A stretch of DNA of 64,000 nucleotides from NCBI RefSeq assembly GCF_046710285.1, contig NZ_JBKEGY010000018.1:1904-65903 (forward strand). Direction: 5' to 3'. The position numbers and the translations under genes are program-made. This document shows, piece after piece, positions 1-9,874 of the stretch. This DNA comes from Reinekea sp. Its GTDB lineage: Bacteria > Pseudomonadota > Gammaproteobacteria > Pseudomonadales > Natronospirillaceae. The notes below the pieces were generated by a model. It had not been told where the DNA came from, did not search any database, and saw only the letters and a program-made list of their open reading frames with translations. Within the stretch, counting starts at the first letter, position 1, and every line of letters starts with the position of its first letter.

Positions 1-281
1 GGTTACTATCGAGGGAATTACGCTTGCTTATTGAGCTGGCCGAAGCAGGGCCGCAAGGTCTTCAAGGTGCGTTTAAACGGCTACGTGTTTTTGATAAGCG
101 ACAAAATGATTATAAGCGTGCCCTTTCCCGAGCGAATTTGCAGCACTACCAGCAATGTTTGCTAAGTTGTACCGACGTTGACGCCATGATCAAGGGCCAA
201 GTTAAAGCCGATCCATGGCATAAGCTCAGCGAGCTAATTGTCGCCATCAGTGCACCACAGGTAATGGCTTATTCGCTATAA
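1..281 (+). CDS. holA: DNA polymerase III delta subunit, C-terminal fragment (5' end outside window)
   Basis: Frame 3 is open from the window edge to the TAA at 279-281, and the listed M at 24 is an internal TTG. The tail ALSRANLQHYQQCLLSCTDVDAMIKGQ..PWHKLSEL parallels the HolA C-terminal domain from memory only. Confidence 0.6.
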   Translation, partial: LLSRELRLLIELAEAGPQGLQGAFKRLRVFDKRQNDYKRALSRANLQHYQQCLLSCTDVDAMIKGQVKADPWHKLSELIVAISAPQVMAYSL

Positions 282-312
282 GTCAGCTTGCGTGAGTTGT
301 CATCCGCTAAGA

Positions 313-1185
313 TTAACGATCTTGTTCTAACCATCGGTGTGCCGACTTAATGACCGATGCTCTCAATCGCTTCATTGCAGAACCTCCTGAGCGCCAGGTA
401 TGCCAATATAAGGGAATATCAATGGCGTTATTCGGGGCGATGTCTATCAGGTTACCGCTGGCAATACCAATGGCCGCCTGCATTTCTGGAATCATGCCAA
501 AGCCACAACCGTTGGCTGCCATTTGTAGGAAACCCTCAGATGAAGGGCAGCGAATCGGGTTCATAGGGGCTGGTTGCGACATGGAGGCTAATAGTTGGTG
601 TTGTAATGTATCGTCTTCATTAAATTGCAGGCAAGGGGCTTGATATAGGTTTTCTGGCGTCTCGAGGAGTTTGTGTCTAAGAATAAAGTCAGGGCTGGCA
701 TAAGCTCGATAACGAACAATGCCCAACCTATCTACCCGAGCGCCATTGACCGCGCTACCGTCGGCGCATAAACAGGCAAGTACTTCACCTCGGCGCATCA
801 ACTCAATACCTTTGTCCTGATCAGCAATGACAATATCTACATCCATTTCATCAGTGATTTTCCCGATAGCTTCTGGAAACCAAGTGGCTATGGAATCTGC
901 ATTGATCGCTATGCGTGCATGAACGCGGTCAACTTGTGGGTTTACCAAGGTCAAATCTTTCTCGAGATGTTGCACCATGTGTAAATGGCTAATGAGCCGT
1001 TGCCCTAACTCAGTAGCGATAGGGGGTGTTTGGCGCACCAAAACCGGTTGCCCTAAACGATTCTCTAGCCCCTTGATTCGCTGACTGACAGCTGATTGGG
1101 TAATACAGAGCTCTTGGGCGGCTGGTTCAAACCCACCACTGCGAACCACTGCGGCTAACGCTGTTAAAGCTCTATAATCTATCAT
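313..1185 (-). CDS. argP: LysR-family transcriptional regulator ArgP/IciA
   Basis: The N-terminal wHTH MIDYRALTALAAVVRSGGFEPAAQELCITQSAVSQRIKGLE closely parallels E. coli ArgP. Length is 290 aa, and the gene is divergent from a LysE/ArgO exporter gene (classic argP-argO pair). Confidence 0.85.
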   Translation of the reverse strand: MIDYRALTALAAVVRSGGFEPAAQELCITQSAVSQRIKGLENRLGQPVLVRQTPPIATELGQRLISHLHMVQHLEKDLTLVNPQVDRVHARIAINADSIATWFPEAIGKITDEMDVDIVIADQDKGIELMRRGEVLACLCADGSAVNGARVDRLGIVRYRAYASPDFILRHKLLETPENLYQAPCLQFNEDDTLQHQLLASMSQPAPMNPIRCPSSEGFLQMAANGCGFGMIPEMQAAIGIASGNLIDIAPNNAIDIPLYWHTWRSGGSAMKRLRASVIKSAHRWLEQDR

Positions 1186-1275
1186 AAATTAAATTAATAA
1201 CCCTTTAACTATATTAATTGGATTGTTTAACTATAGACTATTAAACTGCATGTTGTCTTGATATTGGAAATATTT

Positions 1276-1890
1276 ATGTTCTCGCATTACTTATCTGGTT
1301 TCGTTGTCGCCATTGGTCTAATTGTTGCGATTGGTGCTCAAAATGCTTGGGTGCTGGGTATGAGTATTCGTCGTCAATACCCTTATACTATCGCCAGCGT
1401 TTGTTTCACTATAGACGCTTTATTGATGGCCGTCGGCGTGGTTGCCTTGGGTCATATTCAACGCCTGTTACCCGCGGCTATTCCTTGGCTAACCTACATT
1501 GGTGTTGCTATGTTAGTTGGCTTGGGTGTTCAAGCGTTTTATCGGGTATTCACAACTCATCAAGGGTTAAAGGTAGAGGACGCTGCGCCGCCGATTCAAA
1601 GCCGCTCTAAAGTGGTTATTTTAGCCATGACACTATCGCTTCTTAATCCGCATGTTTATCTAGATACCGTCGTCTTGATTGGTAATATTGCTGCTATTCA
1701 AGAGTACCCTTGGGTATTCTGGATGGGCTCGGCCAGTGCCTCTGTGGTCTGGTTTTTATCTCTTGCAGCCTTAGGTAAACCCCTGAGTGTTTGGTTGATT
1801 TCACCAAGACGCTGGCAGATTTTTGATGCTGTCATCGGTATTATTATGTTTTGGGTGGCTTGGTCATTGTTAAATTCAACCGGGCACTAG
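1276..1890 (+). CDS. argO: LysE/ArgO-family basic amino-acid exporter
   Basis: Polytopic membrane protein whose start MFSHYLSGF...GAQNAWVL matches the ArgO N-terminus pattern (MFSYYFQG...GPQNAFVM). I prefer the ATG at 1276 to the TTG at 1258. Confidence 0.8.
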   Translation: MFSHYLSGFVVAIGLIVAIGAQNAWVLGMSIRRQYPYTIASVCFTIDALLMAVGVVALGHIQRLLPAAIPWLTYIGVAMLVGLGVQAFYRVFTTHQGLKVEDAAPPIQSRSKVVILAMTLSLLNPHVYLDTVVLIGNIAAIQEYPWVFWMGSASASVVWFLSLAALGKPLSVWLISPRRWQIFDAVIGIIMFWVAWSLLNSTGH

Positions 1891-1957
1891 ATTAAATCTA
1901 GTCTTTATTAGCTGCGTCTTCTAATCTGGTGGCATCAATTACATTTTGGAGCGCAGT

Positions 1958-3610
1958 ATGTCTTGGTGGAAAGAAGGTGTTGTTTATCAAATTTACCCAC
2001 GCAGTTTTGCCGATAGTACAGGCAATGGCATCGGTGATATTCAAGGCATAATCAGTAAGCTCGATTATCTACAAGAACTAGGCGTTAATATTGTTTGGTT
2101 GAACCCTATTTACGCCTCACCAAATGATGATAATGGCTATGATATCTCCGATTATGAAGACATTATGGCTGAGTTTGGCACCATGGCTGACTTTGAAGCT
2201 CTGCTTGATGGGTTGCATCAACGCGGTATAAAACTGATCATGGATCTAGTGGTCAACCACTGCTCAGATGAACATCGTTGGTTTGTTGAAAGCAAAGAAA
2301 ACCCCGAAAGCCCCTATCGAGATTATTTTTTCTGGCGTGATGGCAAAGCTGATCATCAGCCACCCAACAATTGGGTCAGTGTATTCTCTGGTCCTGCTTG
2401 GGACTATGACGAAAAAAGTGACCAATATTACCTACACCTCTTTTCTAAGAAACAACCCGACCTAAACTGGGAAAACGAATCATTGCGCAACGATATCTAT
2501 GCCATGATGCGAGGATGGTTTGACAAAGGCGTAGATGGTTTCCGAATGGATGTCATTAATATGATTTCCAAAAACCCTGCTTTGCCCTCTGTCGGCGATG
2601 AAAGCCAATTAGAATGGGGTGGTAAACATTTTATGAATGGGCCTCGCCAGCATGAATTTATGCGTGAAATGCATGATCAAGTGCTGCAGCATTACGACTG
2701 CATGACAGTAGGTGAGTGTTTCGATGTTGATGTTGAAGAAGGTCGGAGATTGGTCGGAACCGATCGTAAAGAGTTGCACATGATCTTCCAAATGGAACAC
2801 ATGTCATTAGATCATGGTAATGGCAAATGGGATGTACAGCCTAGTTGGTCGCGCGTTGAATTAAAGTCGATATTAAACCGATGGATAGAAGGTTTAGATG
2901 GGAATGGCTGGAACAGTCAGTTCTGGATGAACCATGATCAACCTCGTGCCGTCAGCCGGTTTGGTAACGCACAGCAATATCGAATCGAAAGTGCGCAAGC
3001 TTTAGCAGCTGTGACGCTCACTTTGCCAGGTACGCCATACATTTATATGGGCGAAGAAATTGGCATGACCAATGTTAAATACCCGATTGAAGAGTACCGA
3101 GATTTAGAAATTCTCAATTGGTACAATGAGCAGTTGGCGGCAGGGGCAAACCCAGAAGACTTAATGCACAGCATTCATCACATAGGACGAGACAACGCTC
3201 GCACGCCAATGCAGTGGAACAGTGGCCCCAACGCTGGCTTTAGTCAGGGGCAGCCTTGGCTAAAAGTGAACCCCAATTACACCGAAATTAATGTAGCAGC
3301 CGCGCAACAAAGCCGTGAAGGTATTTTCCCTTGGTACCAACAGCTTATTGCTTTACGTAAGCAACATAAAACCCTTGTTTACGGGCGTTATACTCCCTTC
3401 ATGCTAGAAAGTGAGCAGGTTTTTGCTTTTCGTCGTACAGATGATGCGGGTGACTTTTTAGTGTTAGTAAATTTGTCTGATAACCCAGCAAGCCTTTCGC
3501 TGCCTAACGAAGTTGTTTCGTTATCATGGGAAGTTGTCATGGATAACCAAGCTAATAAATCACTAGCATCCCTTTTGCCATGGCAGGCTCTGATAATGAG
3601 AACTGTATGA
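1958..3610 (+). CDS. GH13 alpha-glucosidase / oligo-1,6-glucosidase family
   Basis: MSWWKEGVVYQIYPRSFADSTGNGIGDIQGI..., DLVVNHCSDEH, GFRMDVINMISK and the EC..D.. blocks are typical of GH13 oligo-1,6-glucosidase / trehalose-6-P hydrolase-like enzymes. Start placed at the ATG at 1958. Confidence 0.9.
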   Translation: MSWWKEGVVYQIYPRSFADSTGNGIGDIQGIISKLDYLQELGVNIVWLNPIYASPNDDNGYDISDYEDIMAEFGTMADFEALLDGLHQRGIKLIMDLVVNHCSDEHRWFVESKENPESPYRDYFFWRDGKADHQPPNNWVSVFSGPAWDYDEKSDQYYLHLFSKKQPDLNWENESLRNDIYAMMRGWFDKGVDGFRMDVINMISKNPALPSVGDESQLEWGGKHFMNGPRQHEFMREMHDQVLQHYDCMTVGECFDVDVEEGRRLVGTDRKELHMIFQMEHMSLDHGNGKWDVQPSWSRVELKSILNRWIEGLDGNGWNSQFWMNHDQPRAVSRFGNAQQYRIESAQALAAVTLTLPGTPYIYMGEEIGMTNVKYPIEEYRDLEILNWYNEQLAAGANPEDLMHSIHHIGRDNARTPMQWNSGPNAGFSQGQPWLKVNPNYTEINVAAAQQSREGIFPWYQQLIALRKQHKTLVYGRYTPFMLESEQVFAFRRTDDAGDFLVLVNLSDNPASLSLPNEVVSLSWEVVMDNQANKSLASLLPWQALIMRTV

Positions 3611-4152
3611 GTCAAACAATGAGTAGTGAAACATGGCTGAAGATGCGTGTGGGAGAGAAGTTTAATCCATTTGATTCAGAGCTGGTTGCTCAAAGAGCAT
3701 TAATTCGTCAACGTACCGCACAGTTTAATAGATCGCCGAGCAAAGGTAACTTGAAGTTGGTTTTCGAGCAATTTGGATCCGTGGGCGAGCAGTGCTTTAT
3801 AGAAGCGGGCGTCCATATCGACTATGGCGTGCATATACATTTTGGCAAGCATGTTTATGTCAATGCTCATTGTATATTTCTCGATGCTGCGACCATTACA
3901 CTTGGCAATAATGTGTTGCTTGGGCCTGGAGTTCAGCTTGTGACCGTTCAGCACCCGCTAGATTCACAAGAGCGCCTAAAAGGTATTGAATGGGCTGAAC
4001 CTATAGTGATTGGTGATAACGCTTGGCTTGGCGCAGGAGCAATAATCTTACCCGGGGTGACCGTGGGTGAAAATGCCGTTGTTGGCGCGGGCAGTGTGGT
4101 AACAAAAGATGTACCCGACAATAAAATTGTAAAAGGTAATCCCGCTAGATAA
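3607..4152 (+). CDS. maa: Maltose/galactoside O-acetyltransferase (hexapeptide-repeat)
   Basis: An N-terminal Mac-type domain (MRVGEKFNPFDSELVAQRALIRQRTAQFN) is followed by left-handed beta-helix hexapeptide repeats (IGDNAWLGAGAIILPGVTVGENAVVGAGSVV). The ATG at 3607 overlaps the upstream TGA as ATGA. Confidence 0.8.
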   Translation: MSQTMSSETWLKMRVGEKFNPFDSELVAQRALIRQRTAQFNRSPSKGNLKLVFEQFGSVGEQCFIEAGVHIDYGVHIHFGKHVYVNAHCIFLDAATITLGNNVLLGPGVQLVTVQHPLDSQERLKGIEWAEPIVIGDNAWLGAGAIILPGVTVGENAVVGAGSVVTKDVPDNKIVKGNPAR

Positions 4153-4192
4153 TGAAATCGGAATTATAATAATAAGTGTGCCTAACGACAAA

Positions 4193-4218
4193 AACCTCTA
4201 GGGGTAACCCTAGAGGTT
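4193..4218. terminator. Bidirectional hairpin terminator between maa and ibpA
   Basis: CCTCTAGGG (4195-4203) pairs with CCCTAGAGG (4208-4216) around a 4-nt loop. An A-run lies on the left (a T-run when read on the minus strand) and TT on the right. Confidence 0.6.
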
Positions 4219-4235
4219 AGAATTAAACCGTATTC

Positions 4236-4685
4236 TTAGGCGCGTTGATCCAACAAGTTTTTACTGTTGATAGAAATTTTCTTCGGCTTCATTGCCTCAG
4301 GAATTTCTTTTAATAAATCAATGCGCAAGAGTCCATTTTCCAAGTTTGCGCCTGTTACTTTTACGTGATCAGCAAGCTGGAACTTTCGCTCAAATGATCG
4401 GAACGCAATGCCTTGATAAAGATACTTTCGTTCTTCGTTGGTTTTTTCTTTCTTACCCTTAACAACTAACATGCCGCTTTCGCTCGTAATGTCGAGCTCA
4501 CTTTCCGCAAACCCTGCGGCGGCAATAGTAATGGCGTACGTATTTTCGCCTGTTGTTTCAATATCGTATGGAGGGTAATTGTTCGTGTTGTTTGACGACT
4601 GCGCTGCGTTGTCTAATAGCGCTGCGAAACGGTCAAAACCAACGGTGTTACGGTATAGGGGTGAAAAATCAAATGCAGTTCTCAT
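4236..4685 (-). CDS. ibpA: Small heat-shock protein, IbpA/Hsp20 family
   Basis: MRTAFDFSPLYRNTVGFDRFAALLDNA... followed by an alpha-crystallin domain (NYPPYDIE...ITIAAAGF...LVVKG). The ATG at 4683-4685 is preceded by AGGAG, so the longer listed ORF start (4775) is unlikely. Confidence 0.9.
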   Translation of the reverse strand: MRTAFDFSPLYRNTVGFDRFAALLDNAAQSSNNTNNYPPYDIETTGENTYAITIAAAGFAESELDITSESGMLVVKGKKEKTNEERKYLYQGIAFRSFERKFQLADHVKVTGANLENGLLRIDLLKEIPEAMKPKKISINSKNLLDQRA

Positions 4686-4720
4686 AGCTAATCTCCTATT
4701 GAGCATTAGTGCTGAATGTT
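4686..4720 (-). promoter_or_regulatory. Candidate ROSE-like RNA thermometer in the ibpA 5' UTR
   Basis: The minus-strand RNA reads ...CACUAAUGCUCAAUAGGAGAUUAGCUAUG. CUAAU pairs with AUUAG and CUC with GAG, leaving a bulged G, so the AGGAG Shine-Dalgarno is sequestered. This is hand folding only. Confidence 0.4.
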
Positions 4721-4798
4721 CAGCGATTTTGCTGTTGCTAACAAAGTTACACAACAGACTGGTTAAAGTTAACAACCCGGTATCGGCGTCGTTAATTC

Positions 4799-4831
4799 AG
4801 ATATGAGATCGAATTGTTTTTCTTCAAGGGG
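4799..4831 (-). promoter_or_regulatory. Candidate sigma-32 heat-shock promoter for ibpA
   Basis: The minus strand reads CCCCTTGAAG-N14-TCTCATATCT, against the consensus CCCTTGAA-N13-15-CCCCATNT. It sits about 110 nt upstream of the ibpA ATG. Confidence 0.5.
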
Positions 4832-4833
4832 TA

Positions 4834-5529
4834 TTACGCAATACTTTTCAAAATTACTTGATATTGACACAGCAAACTTTTTGCATAAGGCTTCGTTACG
4901 TTGATCGTTTGCCCTTGGTAGTAACCAATCAGTTTATTAAGGTGTTGAATATGGTCAGTAGTGGGTTGCCAACATTGGCCAATATCATCACCGTTATCAT
5001 CGCTCATTTTGGTCCCTCCAAAACGGGCACTAGTCGACACCGTTAAAACCTCATAAGTGCGTTTGTTTTCTGTGACAACAGACTCTTCTAAAAGAAAGTA
5101 GCCGGCGTCTATTAAATAGCGCCTAACCAGTGCAACTTTTGTTGTGGGAGAAATAATGAATCGGCAATTAGTGGCATATTTTTGCTGGCTAAGCGCTTGC
5201 ATAATTGTAATGCATTGTTCGTCACCCACCCCGGCTAAGACAACCGTTTGGTTTTCGATGTTTTTTAATTCTATGGTTTCAGCAGGCGCAATAACTATTT
5301 CATAGTTCTTGGCTTGCAAACGAATAAGCTGTTCAGATAAACGAGCCATGATGTCGGGGTGGATATCATTAAAAACAACACCCGTCTCGGTTCGTGATTC
5401 AATGATGGCTCGACCTAAGGCGCCATGATCACAGCAAAGATCCCAAACAATTTGTGAGTTTTGCGGTATGGCGGCCAAAAGATGTTTAAGGCGTTTGCCG
5501 AGCTTTGTTTTTAATGGTGTTTGAGTCAT
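4834..5529 (-). CDS. trmK: SAM-dependent tRNA (adenine-N1)-methyltransferase, TrmK-like
   Basis: The N-terminal motif VWDLCCDHGALGRAI and the overall ~230-aa architecture resemble the TrmK family. This is a family-level call. Confidence 0.65.
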   Translation of the reverse strand: MTQTPLKTKLGKRLKHLLAAIPQNSQIVWDLCCDHGALGRAIIESRTETGVVFNDIHPDIMARLSEQLIRLQAKNYEIVIAPAETIELKNIENQTVVLAGVGDEQCITIMQALSQQKYATNCRFIISPTTKVALVRRYLIDAGYFLLEESVVTENKRTYEVLTVSTSARFGGTKMSDDNGDDIGQCWQPTTDHIQHLNKLIGYYQGQTINVTKPYAKSLLCQYQVILKSIA

Positions 5530-5594
5530 TGGGCCGTGCCGAAAGTAGAAAATTAGGGTAAAGTGTGAAAAAACAGATGTAAGGTATTATTTAG

Positions 5595-6335
5595 ATGGAT
5601 CATAGCGATAAATTCCCACAGCAGGAAGCACCCACAGCAACAAAACCGAAGCAGGGTGGTTTTTTTAGTAACTTAATTTTCAATATCGTTTTGCCCGTAC
5701 TAATTATGTCTAAGCTTAGCGGCGAGGACATGCTCGGTCCGCTCTATAGTATTGCCGTCGCTCTGGCTTTCCCCGTGGGTTATGGTTTATGGGAAATGCG
5801 CCAATTCAAAAAGCTAAATGCGTTTTCGGTTTTGGGTGTGGTGAGTGTGTTGTTGACAGGGGGAATTAGCTTGTTGCAATTGGACCCAAAATATATCGCG
5901 ATAAAAGAGGCGGCTATTCCTGGGCTCATCGGCTTGGCGGTAATTATCTCTCAAAAGTCGCACAAATCCGTGGTTAAGCTCATTTTGTTCAACGATCAAA
6001 TATTTATGTTAGATCGCGTGCACAACTCTCTGGCTGAGCACAATAATGAAGCCGCATTTGAGCAAAAAATGAAGGTGGTTACCTATTTGGTGGCGAGCTC
6101 ATTCTTTGTTTCCTCGGGTCTGAACTATGTATTAGCCAAGCTAATACTAAAGAGCCCTGCGGGAACGACTGAATTTGCCGAAGAATTGGGCCGAATGACG
6201 GCGCTTAGTTACCCTGTCATCGTTATTCCGAGCATGATCGTACTGGGTTTTGCCATGTGGTTCTTGTTTTCACAGCTTAAAAAACTAACTCATTTGCCAC
6301 TCGATGATTTAATGGTCGACCCCTCTCAGAAGTAG
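5595..6335 (+). CDS. Polytopic inner-membrane protein of unknown function
   Basis: About 6 hydrophobic segments (e.g. GGFFSNLIFNIVLPVLIMSKL). It may belong to the VC0807/septation-protein-like group, but I cannot verify this. Confidence 0.75.
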   Translation: MDHSDKFPQQEAPTATKPKQGGFFSNLIFNIVLPVLIMSKLSGEDMLGPLYSIAVALAFPVGYGLWEMRQFKKLNAFSVLGVVSVLLTGGISLLQLDPKYIAIKEAAIPGLIGLAVIISQKSHKSVVKLILFNDQIFMLDRVHNSLAEHNNEAAFEQKMKVVTYLVASSFFVSSGLNYVLAKLILKSPAGTTEFAEELGRMTALSYPVIVIPSMIVLGFAMWFLFSQLKKLTHLPLDDLMVDPSQK

Positions 6336-6527
6336 TTTCTATTTAGTGCGGCGTTAAAATAGTAGGTAGCGCCGTCTATTTGTTGATCGTTTATTAGCTG
6401 TAAAACTTCATTATCTATATCTTTATAGCAAAATCTGCTAATTAGTCTGTTTTTGCCTCGCTAATAGTCCTGTATTGACTTTGGTTTTGTCGCATACTGA
6501 GTAACCCCTTCCACTTTGGTGAGCGCA

Positions 6528-7814
6528 ATGAAAAAAATAATAAACGCGAAAAAGTATATCGGTGAGCATCAGCTGCACCCTGAATCCATGATGATGTCAT
6601 ACGGTTACGACTCGTCACTTTCTGAGGGCTCGGTGAAACCACCGGTGTTTTTAACCTCAACGTTCAATTACCCAACAGCCGAGGCAGGCGAAGAGTTTTT
6701 CCACGTGGCTTCAGGGCGTAAGCCAGTGCCAGAAGGAGAGTCAGCAGGTCTTATTTACTCTCGTTTTAACCACCCTAATGTTGAAATAATAGAAGATCGC
6801 TTAGCGTTATTGGAGGGTTCTGAAGAAGCCGTCGTATGCTCAAGTGGTATGGGGGCAATCACGGCGACCTTGTTGTCTGTTTTACGTCCAGGGGACGTTT
6901 TGATGCACAGCTCGCCGCTCTACGGCGGTACTGAGGTGTTATTTCGAAATATTATGACTGAGTTTGGTATTCATCTTGTTGAATTCCACGATGGTTGCAG
7001 TGAACAATCAATGAATGAAGCGGTCAGCCAAGCTAAAGCGCTTGGGCCTATAGCCATGATCTTTGCCGAATCACCTGGTAATCCTACTAATGCACTGGTG
7101 GATATTGAATTAATGGTTAGGGCAGCCAGTGCAATTGAAACTAACTCGGGTCGGCGACCGGTTACCGCAATCGACAACACCTTAATGGGTCCAATATTTT
7201 CTCAAGTTGTCCCCAAAGGGATCGATTTAGCGGTTTACTCTTTAACAAAATATGTCGGTGGTCATAGTGACTTAATTGCAGGGGGTGTCTGTGGTAATGC
7301 CGATATAATTAAAGCGGTTCGTACAATACGTAACTGCATGGGCATTAATTCAGACCCACATACTTGCTGGATGATCTCGCGATCATTAGAGACTCTTACT
7401 ATTCGCATGCAAAGAGAAGCCGAATCGGGATTGAAGGTGGCTCAATGGTTAGCTAGTAATCCATATATGAGCGTTAAGGTATTACACCCTAACTTGATCG
7501 AAGATGAAGGTTATCAGAGTGTCTATGCCAAGCAATGCAGCGGGCCCGGCTCAACATTTTCATTTGTACTGGATGCCCCCAGAGCCGATGCCTTCAAATT
7601 TATTAATGCGTTGATTTTGTTTAAGTCAGCAGTGAGCTTGGGCGGCACAGAATCTTTAGTAAGCCACCCAGCGTCGACAACTCACTCTGGCGTGCCAGAG
7701 GAGGTAAGACGTGATGTTGGTATTGAAGAAGGGCTAATTCGGTTGTCGATTGGTTTAGAACACCCAGATGATCTGATCGTAGACCTATCGAATGGTTTTA
7801 AAGCGTTGAGTTAA
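6528..7814 (+). CDS. PLP-dependent Cys/Met-metabolism enzyme (cystathionine gamma-synthase / methionine gamma-lyase family)
   Basis: Contains the SLTKYVGGHSDLIAGG PLP-lysine block plus YSRFNHPN and ESLVSHPASTTHS, which are typical of the family. The ATG at 6528 is preferred to the TTG at 6516. Confidence 0.85.
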   Translation: MKKIINAKKYIGEHQLHPESMMMSYGYDSSLSEGSVKPPVFLTSTFNYPTAEAGEEFFHVASGRKPVPEGESAGLIYSRFNHPNVEIIEDRLALLEGSEEAVVCSSGMGAITATLLSVLRPGDVLMHSSPLYGGTEVLFRNIMTEFGIHLVEFHDGCSEQSMNEAVSQAKALGPIAMIFAESPGNPTNALVDIELMVRAASAIETNSGRRPVTAIDNTLMGPIFSQVVPKGIDLAVYSLTKYVGGHSDLIAGGVCGNADIIKAVRTIRNCMGINSDPHTCWMISRSLETLTIRMQREAESGLKVAQWLASNPYMSVKVLHPNLIEDEGYQSVYAKQCSGPGSTFSFVLDAPRADAFKFINALILFKSAVSLGGTESLVSHPASTTHSGVPEEVRRDVGIEEGLIRLSIGLEHPDDLIVDLSNGFKALS

Positions 7815-7845
7815 TTTCATTGGTCATTTTAAATAAGTCAGACAC

Positions 7846-7875
7846 AAAAAAGCCCAGATAAATATCTGGGCTTTA
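7846..7875. terminator. Bidirectional rho-independent terminator (PLP-enzyme gene / rpoD)
   Basis: AAAAAAGCCCAGAT-aaat-ATCTGGGCTTT: a 9-bp stem flanked by an A-run and a T-run, between convergent genes. Confidence 0.85.
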
Positions 7876-7900
7876 AAGGCGCCTTCAGCTAAGCAGTTGA

Positions 7901-9748
7901 CTATTCGTCGATGAAACTGCGTAGATGATCTGAACGAGACGGGTGACGCAACTTGCGAAGTGCTTTAGCTTCGATCTGACGAATACGCTCACGCGTAACA
8001 TCAAACTGCTTACCGACTTCTTCTAAGGTGTGATCAGTGTTCATTTCAATGCCGAAACGCATTCTTAGTACTTTTGCTTCACGAGCCGTTAACCCAGCTA
8101 ATACTTCTTTGGTTGCTTCACGTAGGCCAGTTGAAGTGGCTGAGTGAATAGGGGCATCCATTGTTGTATCTTCGATGAAATCGCCTAATGAGCTGTCTTC
8201 ATCATCACCAATGGGTGTTTCTAATGAAATAGGCTCTTTAGAGATTTTTAACACCTTACGAATTTTGTCTTCTGGCATGTCCATGCGTTCAGCCAATTCT
8301 TCCGGTGTCGCTTCGCGGCCCATTTCTTGTAACATCTGACGAGAAATACGGTTCAACTTGTTGATCGTTTCGATCATGTGAACGGGGATACGAATGGTAC
8401 GGGCTTGGTCGGCAATCGAACGAGTAATCGCCTGGCGAATCCACCAAGTTGCATAGGTTGAGAATTTGTAACCACGGCGATATTCAAATTTATCGACCGC
8501 CTTCATCAAACCAATGTTACCTTCTTGGATTAAATCTAAGAACTGTAAGCCACGGTTGGTGTATTTCTTAGCAATCGAAATAACCAAGCGAAGGTTAGCT
8601 TCTACCATTTCTTTTTTCGCACGGCGAGCACGGGCTTCGCCAATAGAAATACGACGGTGAATGTCTTTGATTTCGCCTAAGGTGATACCCGTTGCCTTCT
8701 GGATATTTCTCATTTTACGCTGAGCACGTCGTAATTCGACTTCAAAGCGGAAGGCATCTTCTGCAAACTGCGGATCTTCTAAAACAGTGGTTAACCATTC
8801 ATCTTCGGTTTCGCGGCCGACAAACAATTCAATGAATTGCTTGCGTGGCATTTTAAGTGTGCGAACACAGATTTGAATGATCCGACGTTCTTGATCTCGA
8901 ATTTCCGTCACAGCTGATTTAATTGGTGATATTGATTCTTCAAATGCTTTAGGCGTTAGTTTAAAGCATGAGAAGTTTTCACCCATAGCGATAAGGAATT
9001 CGTTGGCTTCTTTACAGTAACGACCTTTGTCTTCGATAATGCTTTCTAGCGAGGCAAGCTGTTCAGCTAACAAAGTAAAGCGTTCACGAGCCAATTCAGG
9101 ATCGGGACCGTTATCGACTTCTTCTTCCTCTTCGTCGTCATCTTCGGCAGTTTCTTCCGCTGCTGCGGGTTCTACTGGTTTAACGGCATCAGGAGAATCG
9201 GCTGCGGGCAATGGGTCTTCATCGTCAGGGTCTTGGAAACTCGTCAGAATATCTGATAAGCGCCCTGTGCCTTCTTCTTCACTTTGCGTTGTTTCATACG
9301 CAACAATGATGTCCTTGATGACGCCAGGATAATAAGCCATTGCTTGCATTACTTCGCGGGTACCTTCTTCGATACGCTTAGCAATAACAATTTCACCTTC
9401 ACGGGTGAGTAGTTCAACGGTGCCCATTTCACGCATATACATGCGCACAGGGTCAGTGGTACGGCCAGTATCTGTTTCTACAGCGGCTAACGCTGCTGCA
9501 GCTTCTTCGGTCGCATCATCATCTGTATCTTTACTGTCGGCTAGTGCGAGTTGATCAGCATCGGGAGCGGTTTCAAACACTTCGATACCAATATCATTGA
9601 TCATCGCAATGATGTCTTCAACCTGATCAGGAGAATTAATTTCTTCTGGCAGGTGATCGTTTACTTCGGCAAAAGTAAGGAAGCCCTGTTCTTTACCTTT
9701 GGCGATCAGTTCTTTTAAACGAGACTGTCGCTGAGATTTTTCAGCCAT
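7901..9748 (-). CDS. rpoD: RNA polymerase sigma-70 factor RpoD
   Basis: 615 aa with an acidic region 1 insert, [28 protein letters not shown] (region 2) and a region 4.2 tail [17 protein letters not shown]. It lies downstream of dnaG. Confidence 0.98.
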   Translation of the reverse strand: MAEKSQRQSRLKELIAKGKEQGFLTFAEVNDHLPEEINSPDQVEDIIAMINDIGIEVFETAPDADQLALADSKDTDDDATEEAAAALAAVETDTGRTTDPVRMYMREMGTVELLTREGEIVIAKRIEEGTREVMQAMAYYPGVIKDIIVAYETTQSEEEGTGRLSDILTSFQDPDDEDPLPAADSPDAVKPVEPAAAEETAEDDDEEEEEVDNGPDPELARERFTLLAEQLASLESIIEDKGRYCKEANEFLIAMGENFSCFKLTPKAFEESISPIKSAVTEIRDQERRIIQICVRTLKMPRKQFIELFVGRETEDEWLTTVLEDPQFAEDAFRFEVELRRAQRKMRNIQKATGITLGEIKDIHRRISIGEARARRAKKEMVEANLRLVISIAKKYTNRGLQFLDLIQEGNIGLMKAVDKFEYRRGYKFSTYATWWIRQAITRSIADQARTIRIPVHMIETINKLNRISRQMLQEMGREATPEELAERMDMPEDKIRKVLKISKEPISLETPIGDDEDSSLGDFIEDTTMDAPIHSATSTGLREATKEVLAGLTAREAKVLRMRFGIEMNTDHTLEEVGKQFDVTRERIRQIEAKALRKLRHPSRSDHLRSFIDE

Positions 9749-9874
9749 AGGTTACCTGTAAGCATTTAAGTGGTTGTGACGCAAGCAAATAGCCGGGTAG
9801 TGTATATTAAATCAACAGGTTAGCCAACGAGTAGGACTCATGCTAAAACGTGATTTAAGGCTTTGCTAACCTAT

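Noticed and set aside
6336-6527. Possible SAM or other riboswitch upstream of the Cys/Met-family PLP enzyme gene.
   Set aside because: I could not find the conserved cores of SAM-I/II/V or SAM-SAH motifs, nor MetJ boxes (AGACGTCT), by eye. An Rfam scan would be needed.
9027-9332. A 101-aa Ser-rich ORF on the plus strand.
   Set aside because: It is antisense to the acidic Asp/Glu-rich region 1 of rpoD. GAA/GAT-rich codons read as TTC/ATC in reverse, so it is an ordinary shadow ORF.
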